DNA of 58,646 bases, filler included, from Jimgerdemannia flammicorona (GCA_003990765.1; 2 parts of 2 records of this genome joined end to end with filler, not necessarily neighbours in it), one strand, 5' to 3'. Counted from the first letter of the whole stretch, positions 10,633 to 23,949 are shown. Made by a program: numbers and translations. Notes: generated by a model not told the origin, from the sequence alone.

Positions 10633-12706
10633 TGTCAGAGGGTTGCTTTTTAGAATAACCGTTACGTAGTTCTGTAAGGATTTTCTGGATATTCTGGATG
10701 TTCTGGAAGACCGTTTTCTTATGGTCAAGATCAATTTCGTATGGAGTACGTCCTCTACGCTTATTGATTTCAAGATTAGATTGACGTCTCAACCAACGTC
10801 CTTTTCTGGACTAGTTCTGGATGTTCAGGATTTTCCATATTTCAGGAAGTTCGAGAAACTAAGACCAGCTTAGTTGAATTGGCGTATCGCTGCAGACAAT
10901 ACCCAATTAGGAAATTTCGTGATGGGGTTAGGAGTAGGACCTAACAGAGAGCAGATTTACTTAAGAGTAGTTTGTGGGTTATGGAATAGGTTTATTTGCT
11001 ATTCATGATATTGCTATACTAGGAGTATTTGTATAAAGGGATATTGTGGGGAAGTGCTCAGGAGTTGTGTTCGGATTGTTCAAGTCTATTTGAGTCTCAG
11101 TTTCTGAGGTCTGGGGGAGGGGGTATTTATACTAGTGAGGGGCTATCTGGACTAAGCTAGATATGGATATAGCACTAAGTGCTTTGCTGAGTCGGAATAC
11201 AGTCACGTAGTATAAGTGTGATCTGACATGTCAAGGGATCGTCTGACTGCTGAGTCAGTTCACAGTCACGTCATACAAGGCTAATCTATCTATACTATGA
11301 CTGCTAGACTATTTATAGGTTTAGGCACTATCTGGGTAGTCTTCGATGACATCACCATCGATTGCATCATCTCTGATGAAGTAGTCATCTAGGAAGAGTA
11401 GTTCATGGATTACTTCTCCTTGTTGGCTGAGGTAGTAATACATTGGGACTTCATCTCCGTCCCACAAGATAGCATCATCTGTTTCGTATGCTGGATAAGA
11501 TATTGGTGGGCGAAGGATGGGTGTATTGTCTTCGCTTTCATCGGATTCGCTGTCTGCATACCTTCTATAAGTTACAGCACTATGAGTCGCAGGGTTGTAG
11601 TAAGCTGGCAGCTGTGGTTCGAGTCGCTCATACTCAGGTGGTGGGGTTGTTGGTTCGATCTCTAGGGTTGTTTGGAGGTATAGGTTGTGTTCTCTGGTCT
11701 CTTCATTATAGTTGAAGTAGTCGGGGGTGAATGCGGGTTGGTATTCGTGGTAGTGGTCATTGTCCCAATAAGTCTCGTATGTAGTTATGAACTGTTGTAG
11801 GTCCATCGGCAAGGTTGGCGGAGTGATCAGGGTTGGCAGAGATCCTTGGCTAAAGGTCATGTCGGCATCAGAGGGATCATTGTCTTCTGCTTCATCTTCA
11901 TCGAAGTGGATTATATCATAGACGTCCTTCATGGCATATCCAACTTGAGGCATTTGCAGGATGTGGTCATCAGGGTGTAGGAAGGTTCTGTCTGTGGTTT
12001 CGACATACTCGAGGTACTTGTGGTTGATTTCTTGTATCATGTCATCGATTTGGCCATAGGACAGGGTAGCAGCCATTTCACTGGTAGTAACTCAGAGGCA
12101 GGGAATAACGGTGTTGTACTCATAGAAGAGTTCTCGATGTTTGCGGGCGATGAGCTTCTGGTGTTGAGACATCTGTGTCATGTCTGTATCATGGTGGTGT
12201 TCGACCATGTCTTCTAAGAGGCGGCTGATCTGGTAGTAGCTTGAGATTTGTCCTATTTGGTGGGCCTTGCTAAGCATGTTCAGGGTGTTCCATCGGGCTT
12301 CCACGAAGTAGAGGGGTGCCAGGCTATAGATATTCATGAGGGGCAGAGGGGGTGTGGCTTGGTTGACAATGGCATTCCAAATGTCAGCACGGATGTGGTT
12401 GTAGATCTCAGTGGTCATGTTTGTGTGTTTGGAAGTTGTGGTTGTTGTTTGTTTTGGTTCTCTGATTCGACGCGTCTTGGTGCTCGGTATATATGCATTT
12501 GGTCCTGATTGGTAAGGTTCCGTTTGTGTAGATCTTGTGTTCTGTGACTTTGTATTGACTCAGCTTTGTGCGCTGTGACTTTGGTTTGACTCAGCTTCAT
12601 GATCAAGCAGGTGATTTCCAGATTTGTTCAGAGGTCGCATATGATTTCAGTGGCTTGTTCAGAGGGTGATGTGTAATTTCGGTAGCTTGGAGGTTGTGCG
12701 CTTACA
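10633..12706 (-). mobile_element. Solo LTR (2074 bp) inserted in the host integrase zinc finger
   Basis: Termini TGTCAG...CTTACA and a 5-bp TSD CCTTT (10628-10632, 12707-12711). Removing it restores FVKRCDKC. Minus-strand TATAAATA at ~11124-11131 and AATAAA at ~10991-10996. CpGs are retained, so it is younger than its host. Confidence 0.88.
11321..12418 (-). CDS. ~365-codon ORF of unknown function inside the solo LTR (predicted U3), with one in-frame TGA at 12092-12094; helical-looking N-terminal domain plus acidic/Pro/Tyr-rich tail
   Basis: ORFs 12092-12418 and 11321-12076 are in the same frame, separated by TGA GTT ACT ACC AGT GAA. Homology with the 8100-8288 relic runs across the stop. 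Confidence 0.75.
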
Positions 12707-14504
12707 CCTTTTGACAAATTGGTATAGGTCTTCTTCTATCTTAGACCACTATATAGTTCTTCTTACTTTGTTATATATGTTGATTTCTTCTAAATGTCCT
12801 TGTTCATATACTTCCTTCATTACTTGATACTTCTTATGTTTGAATATTATAAGCTTTTCTCCTTTTCTGAGTATAGTGTTATCTAGTTCAAATTATTTTT
12901 AAGTCCAGTTGATAATGATAATAGTCTAGAGTTCAAGGTGGTTGGATATCTTCCACTACTCAAGATAGCTGATTAATCTATAGTATAGTTCCTTATTCAT
13001 ATTGAATAGTCTTGATGGGGGTGTTTTAGGATATCCTTGAGAGTGCATCAGTATTGGTATTGGTTCTTCCTAGGTAGTGCTTAATAGTATAGTTATATTC
13101 TTATAGCCTGTAGATCTATCTGATATATATTTCTTTGAGGTTCAGAGTGTGAAATAGCCAGGTAAAAGTAGAGTGATCTGTTTGAATAGTGAAGTGTTTT
13201 CTGGTTAGGTAGTAGTAGAACTTGTCTATTGCTCAAACTACTGCTAAGCATTCAAGCTTATATGACTTGTAGTTCTGTTCTACTTTATGGATACCTTGGC
13301 TTACATAGGAGATAACATATTTATGTCTATCTTTCTTCTAAGCTAGGACTGCTCTAAGTCCTATAGTACTTACATCTGTCTGCAGGATAAACTCTAGATT
13401 CCAATCTGGTCTTCTGAGAATGGGTACTTGGGTCAATCTGGTCTTGAGTTTATTGAAGGTTTCTTGACATTTCTTGATCTATTTGAATTTGATCTTCTTT
13501 TTCAGTAGCTCATAGATAGGTACTGCAATATTGGAGTATCCTTTGATGAATCTTCTATAGTAGGAGGCCAGTCCAAGGAAGGCATGGACTTCTATAGCTA
13601 TTCTAGATCTTGAGTAGGCTGCAATAGTCTCAATCTTCATAGAGTCTGTATGAATTCCAGTCTGGTTGATGATGTGTCCTAGATAGATGATCTCCTGAGC
13701 TACAAACTTGCATTTCTTAGGCTTGATGTAGAGGCCATGCTCCTTGAGCTTCTTGAGAGCTAGTTGTATGTAATTGATATATTCCTGTGTAGTATTACTG
13801 AAAATGATCATATCATCAATATAGACAAAGAGCCATTTTCCAATCTCATTACTGAAAACTCTATTAATCATTCACTAAAAACTTGCTGGAGCATTGTATA
13901 TTCCAAATGGTATTCACAGGTAGATATAGGTGGTATCATATATAATAAAGGCTAATTTCTCACTGATATCTTAAGTGAGACCAATCTGATGAAAGCCTGA
14001 GAATAGATCTAAGATGGTATAGTATTTGGCTTCACTTCTAAAAGTGGTAAGAATTTCTTAAATATTTGGCAAAGGCTGTCTATCCTTCTTGGTGATTGCA
14101 TTGAGCTTCCTGTAATCAATGTAGAGTCTTGGGGCAAACTCTCCAGGCTTACTTCCTTTCTTTAGGGCAAGGATAATGAGTGAAGCCCAGGGGCTGATAG
14201 CTTGCTTGATGATTCCAGCTTCTTTTATTTCCTTAAGTTCTGCTCACAGCTATTCTCTGGATACAGATGGTATAGGTCTGGCTTTTTGGTAGATAGGATT
14301 GATATTGTCAGTATCAACTTTATAGTAGTACTTGAGTTCTTGATTGTGGATATCTCAGAAGTCTGTAACAAGTACTCCTTTGTTCTGATACAGGATCTTG
14401 AGAAGTTGTTCTTCTAGGAGAAAGTTTTTTCTAATAATATATGTATACTTATTCTGGTCCTTGTCTTTCTTATGCTTGAGTTTGGTAATCTTGATAGCAG
14501 TATA

Positions 14505-14930
14505 GGCTCCTCTTTCAGTAGATCCAAAGCCTTGTTCTTCTCTCTTAATCTTGATAAGTTCAATGGCTTCAGGATCTTAGGCTTCTTGATTTTATAGATC
14601 AGTATCTGGCCAATCCTGTCATACTTCTTGACTTTGAATGGAGTGGTGGGATTGTAATTCCTAACTATGAGAAAGATCTCACCAGTGTAATCAGGGTCAA
14701 TTATTCCTCCTTCAACTGAGATTTTGCTTTTGGCCAGACTGCTTCTGGTCTTGATAATTCCAATATAGTTCTCTGGCAACTTGACTCCAATTTTAGTACC
14801 AAGTAGAGTAGTGGTTTGTGGTTCAAGGATAGTATTTTGAATACTAGCAAGATCTATTCCTATGGCTCCTTCAGTCTTATATTCTAGAATCTTGGCTTTA
14901 GGGTAGAACTTCTTAACCTTGAGGATGATG
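14505..14930 (-). pseudogene. dUTPase domain within the Gypsy pol, upstream of RT
   Basis: Trimeric dUTPase motifs GAIGIDL, RSS, GIIDPDYTGEI and DRIGQ, plus a frameshifted motif 5 (EQGFGST). Confidence 0.9.
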
Positions 14931-16907
14931 TCTAGTTCTTGTTCCTTCTCATCATCACTGTCAGCTTAAAGCTCTGGGGGCTAGTCATCTTCTTTAGCTT
15001 TCCTTTTTGCTTCAGTAGCTTCTTACTTATACTTCTATTGGTAGATTTTCCTGACTTCACTGATATAGGACCAGTAGTCATTCAGGTGTTCAGAGCAGTA
15101 CATTCTGGTATCATGGGGGTATCTTTCTTATAGGGTACATATAGCCATTAATGATCTTATTGTATTACTGCTCATCTGTGAGCTTGAATATTTTATTCTT
15201 ATTCTTGTATACCAAATATATAAAGACTTCTGTATCCTCTTTATCTTCTTCCTCTATCTAGTAGTACTCCTTTGTGGACATTGATAGAGACTTATACCTT
15301 TCTTCCTCTATAGTTGATCTGCATCTTCTGAGCATTAAGGTCAATGATAGCCTTGGTCTTGTGAAGCCATTGGTTGCCAATAAGGATGTTATAGTTAGTA
15401 GTGCTTGTAACAATTATATTTACTGGGATAGTAGCTCCTCCTATCTTGATGGGTACTTCTCAGATCTTGCCTACTTGTATACCATCTACTATGATATAGA
15501 CCATCTTGATAGACTCTTCAATGTCCTAGCCTAGGCAGTCAATTGTCTTCATCAATGATGATATCAAAGATATAATCTTTAATCTAATATAGAATATAGG
15601 CTGATGTCTTGTACTGGTCTTCAGATTCTTTATCTGAGTCTTTGGATTCTTCTTGTATATTGTGAGCTTCTACAATCTTATACTCTTGATTCTTGACAAT
15701 GGTTGCAAGTCCTACTCTCAACTGCTATCTGAAGGTAGAAACTTTGGCTAGTTGTCCAAAAGTAGCATTGACCTTCTATTCCTTGAGGTCCTTGTAGATA
15801 TTATACTGGTGGATCTTGATCTTATATAGTTTTTATTCTTTCTTGCTTTCACTTTCTCCTGAGACTAGAGTAGTGCCTTCAATAATTTAGTAGATAGCTT
15901 CATCTAACTCTATGTCTTGATCAATCTTCTTGAGTTGGGTCTTGCTTTGAATAGTGATAGCTGGGGTCTTCTTTGGTCTTCCAACTGGCTTACTGTTGCC
16001 CTTCTTATCATAAGGCTTGGACTGTGTTCTGGTATCTTTAGTAACAGAGTAGAATTCATACTCCTCATAGTATTTTTTATCATCAGTGTCACTAATCTCC
16101 TCGATGACTACTGCATTAGTTTATTCTCTAGTTCCAGTAGTATTGCTGAATTGGACCTTGCATCTTATTTCAGTTATACAACTCTTTATATAGTGGCCTT
16201 CTTCTCTATATCTAAAGTATGTAATATTATATTCTTCTATAGTAACTGTAAATCTCTGTACTAGTCTCCTGTTGGCACTTCAGACTTCTCTAACAATATC
16301 ACTAAGGTGTGCAGTTATCTCAGTAAACTGCTTGATGAGTTCCTCCACTGAGTTAGCTTTGGCTATCTTGGGGGTAGGTGGGGATGGTTGTCTGTTTACA
16401 ACTATAGTAGGTATGATACTGATTGACTTTGATGGCTCTATCTTGATACCAGTTATTTTCTCCATTGAGTATTCAGCAGGATGTCTGGCAGTCCAATATC
16501 TCTGTGCAAAGACCACTTTCTGATCAAGAGTCAGAGCAGCTGAGATAGACCAGATTTCTCATTTTTTTCACTATATCTCCTAGGTGGGTAGTTATTTTGG
16601 TGAACTGTTTGGCAAGCTTCTCCATAGGGTCACTGTTTCTCTACTACTCTGTAGCTCTTGGCTAAGGTGTGTTTCAATTGATCATTATAGTAGGGATCAT
16701 GTTGATTGCCTTGGGTGCTTCAATTCTAACTCTAGTGACTCTTTTCATTGTATGGTCTTGTGAGTGTCTGGCTATCCAATATCACTGAGCATAGGTGACC
16801 TTCTATGGTAAATCCAGAACTATCATCTTTCTCCAGTAACATTCAGATTATACAATCTTTTGGCAACACTTTCGACACAGTTTCTGGAGACAAGCTACTA
16901 GTATCAT

Positions 16908-19900
16908 GGTGACCAATGAGCATCCTGAGGTGCATACTAGGCAGGGTGGCCCTGGAGCATTTGAATGGCAGCAAGTGGGGAGAGGCCCTGGCTTGGGGGG
17001 AAGCATGAGGGGCCTGCTGGTGGGAGGCCACAGTAGAGGAGGGGGTGGAGCTGGAGATCAAGGGTCTGGCAGAGCGAGCTTTGTGGAGAAGATGAAGGGG
17101 GGTCAGCAGGGAGCTGGACTGGAGAGCTGGCTGAGGGGGGGGAAGGTACTGGTGAGGGCTACCAGGCAGCAACCTCTTGGGGGTACCTCTCTAGAGGGCC
17201 ATAGGGGTGGAGCTGGGGGAGTAGTGGCTGGGGTGGGGACTGCTGATAGGGGTGTGATAGATGATCTGAAAAAAAATCTAGATGGGACTGCTGATGGTGA
17301 GCCAAGCAGTGGGAAGGGCACAAGGCCTGGGGACCTGGCAGATGGTGTAACAGGACTGGCAGTGGCTCCATTACTCAAGAAGTCAATCTCAGAATTTGCA
17401 GTCACAATGTGTTTCCAGAGCTTGGTGGTGATGGCAAAAATGGTCCTGGGGCTGATTGCGAAGCAGATGAGTGGGGCAGCATCGGTTAAGTTCCTGAAGG
17501 GCCTAGAAGGAGTAGAGGTGGGATTTGAGGAGGTTGGGCTACTGGAGGAGGCTTTGAAGGCTAGGATGAAAGTGGGCAAAATATGCATACTGATGGTGAG
17601 ATATCTGTGGTGGGACCCAAGAGTAGTGCAGCTTCTGGTGAAAGGAGTTCCCACTATTACTGCTGTAGAGATAAGGAAGAGAGTCAAGGAGATTATGGCA
17701 GAGTATGGGGAGGTAGTTGATATTGGGTTCAGAGTGTGAGAAGGAACCTCTCTCCAGACAGGGGATGTTGACATCAGGATCTGGCTGGCTAGACAGGAGG
17801 CTACTGGAAAGGCTCGGGACTGGCCCTCAGTGATGGTGTGGGGGGCTATCTTGTGCAAGGTGATGAGAGTAAAGGAGAGTAAGGAGGAGAAGGAGGATTT
17901 GCTGGAGGTGCTAGAAGAGTTGCATAGGATAGTTGAGAGGAGGGCGAAAGTATGGAAAGTATTTGAGGCAGCAATGCATCTTGAGGTGGTTGGAGGAAAG
18001 TGAGTCTGCATCAACAAGGAGGTGTGGGAGAGGTCCCAAGGGCATAGAAGGCAGAGGGAATTGTTAGCGAAAATGGGGGCAGAGGCGACAAGGAAGGCAG
18101 GCGATAGTGCAACTACCGGAGGTACTGAGGTGAGTGTCTGGGCTGCTAGTAGTGGATGGAATGAGGAGGGGGGGCAGGGGGAGGCCGTAAAGGTGCCGAG
18201 CAAGAGTCCATATGAGGATGGCACACTGGAGGTTTGGGAGGAAACCTGGAAGGATTCACCTTCACCCTCCCCCCTTATCAGAAGGGGTCTGGCAGTGAGA
18301 GGTAGAGTGGTGGAGGATGTGCCAATGCGCAGTGCTCAGCAGGTGCACTTTGGAGTTCTAAATGTAGAGAAGGGGGGATTGGTAGAGGTGACTGGGGAAG
18401 AGGAATTGGTAGATGTCCTGGAGGAGGGATAGAATGAGTCAGCAAGTATGGGGGCTGATACTATGATGTTGGATGGAGGGAGGCCAGTGACCCCAGGAGG
18501 GAAGAAGGTAGGAAACTTGCTCTGGGTATACCAGATGATAAACAACTTGGCAGTAGAAGAGCTGGGGGAAGTCGACCTTCGAGTGATGAGCAATGAGCAT
18601 TGGGTGAGAATCCTGCAAGGTGATGGAGTAGAGGTGGCATTGAAGGTGGAGATCCTGGTGGTGTACTTGGAGGAGGAGGGGTATAAGGTAGATAAGAAGA
18701 GGAAAGCTGTGCTGGCAATTGTGGCGGGTAAGCGGGCTGCCCACTGTTGGACTAAGAGGCATGGGCTGTAGCTCTGGCAGGAGGCTTGTTTGGAATATCA
18801 CGAGGAGTTTGAGGAAAAGGAGGATGGGTAGATGGCTGAAATCCTGGCTGAATTGGAGGCCAAGAGAATCGAGGAAGCTGAAGCTACTGCTGAGTGCAAC
18901 CTGGATAGAGTACAGGAGGAAGTGGACATGGAGCAGTAGAGGACATATCTGAAACTATATAATTTCTCTTATGAATAGTACAACTAACATTTTTTCTTTG
19001 AACATGAATGGGTTACAGGATGCTTATCAATATAAGAACATTTTTACTTGGCTGAAGGAATTGGAGGCTGATCTCTTCCTCTTGCAGGATGTCAGGTATG
19101 AGGATGACTTGGATAGACTGGAATGGATGAAGGAGTGGGGAGGTGAGGCAGTTTGGAAGGGCAAGGTTGGAATTCTGGTATGGAAGGGCAGAGGGGAGAT
19201 ACAGGATATGCAGAGCTGGGGGGATAGATTGGTCTGGGGAGAGTGGATACATGCAGATTGGGAGCCAGTCATGGTGGGCTCCTGTTACTGCCCTGTGGTA
19301 TGAGGCAAGCAGGTGAACTGGGTGATGGGCCTACAGGAGAGTGGGATTCTTGTGGAGGTTGGGGTAGATGTGTTGGGTGGGGACTTCAATATGGTCCGAG
19401 ACATATTGAGGGATAGAACTAATGGAGGACGAGGTGCTGTGGGGTGGAGTGGAGGACTGGCAGTATGGGAGGAAGTGGAGAGACTTAGTGCTCTGGTGGA
19501 TGTGGGTAGGGAATGTTGGGGGAATAGGAAGGTGTATACACACTGGGCTGGGGGTCTGGGGACAAGGATTGATTGGATTCTGATGGCCAGCTGCTGGGGC
19601 CTGGATGTTTGGAAGTCACTAGAGATGGAATGGTGTCCTTGGTCAGATCATTGGGGGCTTTTGGGGCAGGGACATTTTGGGGGGAGTGGGGATGGACCCA
19701 GACATTGGCGTCTCAATTCCTCCCTACTAGATGATAAGATCTGGTGAGGTAAATGGGCCAAAGTCATTCAAATGCAGGTGGAGTGCTGGAGGCAGGAAGG
19801 TGTCACAGTTGATATTCAGTGGATGAGGATGAAGGAGATGGCTAGGGCCTTCTGGAGTGAGGCTGGTATGGAGGCAGAGAGACAGAGGAGGCAGTGGGTG

Positions 19901-22503
19901 CAGTGGGCATCTCATAGACTATCTAGACTCTTGGAGGACTGGGCAAGACTAGCGATATTGGAGGGAGAGGAGGACTGGCATTCGATAAGGTTCCAAATGG
20001 AGGTGGCTGAACTACAACAGGTGCTGCAGAATGAGGAGGAGGCTAGGGTCCAGGGTCTGGCAGTATGGCTTCGTTGGCAGGGACTGGAGGAAGGAGAGTG
20101 GCCCTTGAAGTTTCTTATGAGGGCCCTTCAGGCAAGAAGAGTACAGCAAAGATGGGAGGGGGTGCTTAATGCTGATGGTTCATTGGTGCATGGGGTACAA
20201 GACATTCTTGGCTCGTTAAAGGAGTATTGGAGTAGATTGTGGAGTAAGGAGGAGGGTGGGGCAGGTGCTGAGGACATTGATCAAGTCTTGGAGGATTGGC
20301 ACGCTACCTGAGCAGCTGGGTTGGATGACTTAGTACTGCCAGTGCTAGAGGAGGAGATCCACCAGGTTCTTGCCATGACAACCTTGGGTATGGTGCCTGG
20401 AGAGGATGGTCTGTCCTGGGACTTCTGGAAAAGGATGGTGGGAGTCCCTGAAATAGTGGGAGAGATGAGGGCACTGTGTGATTGGATTCTACAGATGGGG
20501 AGATGGGTGGGAGAACAGGACCTAGGGTTAGTGACATTGCTTTATAAAAACAAAGGAAGCCGAGAGGACTGGAAGAACTAGAGGCCAATTATGCTACTGG
20601 ATATGGACAGAAAGTTGGTTACCAAAGTGGTGGTTGCAAGGTTGCAAAAGGTGGCCCAGCAAGTCTTGGGTGAGGAGCAGTGAGGCTTTGTTGGAGGCCA
20701 GCTCATCAGGGATAGTACAGCATGGGTACATGGCATTATTGAAGAGGTGCGAGCCAGTGGACTAGATGGGCATCTGGTCTTTTTGGACCAGAAGAAGGCC
20801 TATGACTGAGTGTGACAGATCTGGTTGGCAAAAGTTTTGGATAGGATTGGGATCCCACAACAGTTCAGAACTGCTATGGTCAGTCTACTGGAAGGAAGTA
20901 GGGTAGCACTCATGTATAATGGACATAGAGGGGTAGTATGTATTTCTCCTGGGTAGGGGGGTGCTCCAGGGGGATCCACTGTCCCCCATTTTGTATGCTT
21001 TGTCTCTGGAGCCCTTTATGGACAGAATAAGGCAGAAGATAGTAGAGCTCTCTATCTTTGGCATTGGGTGGAAAGTAGGAGCATTTGCAGATGATATGGT
21101 GGTCGGTCTGAGATCAGTTGCAGATATTGAGGAGCTCAAGAAGACAGTGGAGTGGTATAAGGCAAACTCTGGGGCTAGGCTTAATTAGCATAAGTGCAAA
21201 ACAATGGTGTTAGGCAATGGTCTAGCAGGCAGGGAGATTATTGGTATGATTGTCCCTACTGGTGAGGCAGTACAGTACTTGGGTATCTATCTGTCAGTGT
21301 ATGGGTCGGTTCTGCCTAGACTTTGGTGGGAGCAGTGGGTTGGCATTTGAGAGGAGGCCCTAAGGAGTTGGAGGGGCCGCCAATTGTCTCTGATGGGCCA
21401 CATTTCGATTCTGAATGTCTATTGGCTGCCAAAGGTGTGGTATCTGCCTTATTATCTAAACTTCCCAGCTTGGGTGGTGAAGCGATTGATGAAGCTGGCC
21501 AAGGGGTGGATCTGGGCTGGAAGGTAGAGTCAGATCAACTGGGAGGTCTTGTCCTTGCCAGTGGCAAGTAGGGGACTTGGGCTGGTTGACTTTCCTAAGA
21601 GGCTACACTGCTTGAGAGCTTGGTGGCTGAAGAGAGCAGTAGAGTTAAGAGGGGGTGGTTGGGTTCCCCTACTGCAGAAATTCTGGGAGATGAGGTCCTC
21701 TCTGAGAGGTTCGATGGGTGATCTCCTAGCACTTGTGGGCCTTCAGAACTCTGGGCAATTATGGTACAAAGACTTCTGGTGGGGAGTGGCAGAGGGAGCC
21801 TGCCGCATTGGGATTAGGTGGTAGAGAAATGAAGGGGAGGAGGCTTGGGACTGGGCGATGTGGAGATGGGACCGAGTGATACTGGGTGGCATTCCCTTAC
21901 TTGAGTTTGACATTGGTGATAGGATTGAATGCCAACGGGGACTAGGCCAGGATCTGTGGCCTAGTAGTTGGCAGGGTGTAGGAATTGGTGAGGAGTGGGA
22001 CTGGTATAGCATATGGGCCTGGAGTGCCAAGGTGAGAAGGTGGTTGCTGCTAAAGTACTGGGTGGTCTGGTGGTATGTGCTGAGGCGAAATGTCATGCTC
22101 AACTTCCGCTCTAGTCACCTTATTGAGGGGGGCTGCTTTGACTGTGAAGAGTATTATAATGTAGGACATATGTACAGACGCCTGAACATTGGCTAGGAGA
22201 GTGTGAGGTGCTTAGTTCCTTTTGGCAGAACATTGGGGATCATCTGGAAGTGGTGTGCAGGAGAGCTGATGTGTGGGGGTGATGGGAGGACTTAAGGAGT
22301 AGACTAGAGGGGGGGGTGGGGAAGGAATGGCTGACATTAGGGTAGGTATTGGCCATTTGGATGGGGCTGGCCAGTCACTGGCTATTTGTTTTTGAGGATA
22401 GGAGGAAACTTGGCTCCGAGGCCAGGCTGATGAGGTGGCATAGCTTTATGGAAGACACCTTGACAGGCTAGTGGCTGGGTTGGGGGTTGAGAGGGGGTCA
22501 AAG
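16908..22503 (+). mobile_element. Degenerate non-LTR retrotransposon (L1/Tx1-like: ORF1 ~16908-18950; ORF2 from 18971 with APE endonuclease, RT and a C-terminal Cys motif)
   Basis: APE motifs SLNMNGL, GGDFN, TRIDWI and SDH. RT motifs PGEDGL, FLDQKKAYD, QGDPLSP and FADD. It interrupts the Gypsy gag and is flanked by GTATCAT (16901-16907, 22504-22510). Confidence 0.92.
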
Positions 22504-22984
22504 GTATCATTTGGTAGAACAAATCTGTAGGCAGAGGTAAATCCAGAACTACTAGTGATAAGTGAATGACTATAACTATCTCTAAGTAGACTCCTTTCAT
22601 GAAGGTTGTTTCAGCTACTTGATCTTAGATAGCATCAGCATAATCTGCAAGAATTATCTAATATCAGATTCTGGTATAGAATGTGTTTAGATCCTTGCTT
22701 ATCTCTTGGCATATTGTATTGAGCTAGTCCTTCAGAGCTTGCTTGATCTCATCTGTGTAATAAGTATTTCAGAGCCAGATCTTCTGTACTATCAGTATAG
22801 CATCAGCATCATTTCCTGCATGAGTTGCAGCTATGAATGCTGCTCTGGCAGAACCTCATAGGCTGAAGAGCATGAGAGCTACTTACTATACTGCTGTCAG
22901 GGTCCTTATGATAGCATACTGCTCAAAATCATCAATAAAGATTATGATTGATTTATCTGAGATATATCTATGGAATACTGGTGG

Positions 22985-23408
22985 TAGTGCTCCCAACGAA
23001 TCGAATTGAATTGAATTTGGCCCAAACTCGATTCGATTCAATCGAATCAAGGGTCCAATTCAATTTGATTCGAATCAAATCAAAGGTCCAATTCGATTCA
23101 AAGTTTGATTTGAACCTTAATTTTCAAAATGTAATAACTCGACAAAACCTCATCCAAATTTAACGTATTTTAGCTTGTTAGATTCACCATATTAATATGA
23201 TTCTAACAAGCTAAAGTATGTTAGATTTGGATGAGTTTACGCTGAGTTATTGCATTTTGAAAATTAGGATTTAAATCAGACTCTTAATTCAATTTGACTT
23301 TTGATTTGATTCGAATTGATTTGAATTGAAAAATCCCCAATTCGATTTGACTCATTTAACCCTCAATTTGATTTGATTCGAATTGATTCAACTCATTTGG
23401 GAGCACTA
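22985..23408. mobile_element. hAT-type foldback MITE (424 bp)
   Basis: TIRs TAGTGCTCCCAA / TTGGGAGCACTA and an 8-bp TSD ACTGGTGG (22977-22984, 23409-23416). The whole element is an imperfect palindrome centred on CATATTAATATG, with TTCGAT/ATCGAA subterminal repeats. Confidence 0.9.
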
Positions 23409-23949
23409 ACTGGTGGTCTCATATCTATCTTGTCTAGGTGTTTTAGCTCAGTTTGTATGATTGTTCAAGTAGTGGCAGTTGTTTATTGTTCAGCTTAAAA
23501 GTGAGAGATTTATCTTGAATCACTAGCTAATAGGTACTAAGTGGTAATGTAGTAGATGCTTAACCTTTGAAATATATCAGATTTCTGTATCTTGAAACTT
23601 GACTTGTTCTAACTCTCATAGAGTTCTCAGAGCTACAGAGGTGAGTGAGTTTGAAGAATATCTGCCTGCAGACTTACTAGTTTCTTTGCTTTCTCTTTGC
23701 TTTGAACTATTTTGATCTGAGGTTTATTCACTCTAAGATACTGAGTTATTTATACATATTTTGCTAGCTTATAAGATGACTAAGTTATGAGTCATTTCAC
23801 AAGTATTGAATCTTTTAAAATCTACTAGAATTGTGCTGATTGCAAACATTCTAACATCTTCTAAATCTTTGCAAATGTTAAAGTTTCTGCACTTTGCAGA
23901 ATATGACTACTATTTATAAGGCCAAGCTATTTTGGGAATCAGATTTAGG

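Noticed and set aside
12092..12094. Programmed stop-codon readthrough in the LTR ORF
   Set aside because: A CGA>TGA deamination is simpler in this mutational setting; other copies are needed to decide.
17103..18224. 373-aa minus-strand ORF
   Set aside because: Antisense shadow of the purine-rich LINE ORF1 (Ser/Pro/Leu/Thr-rich, no domain).
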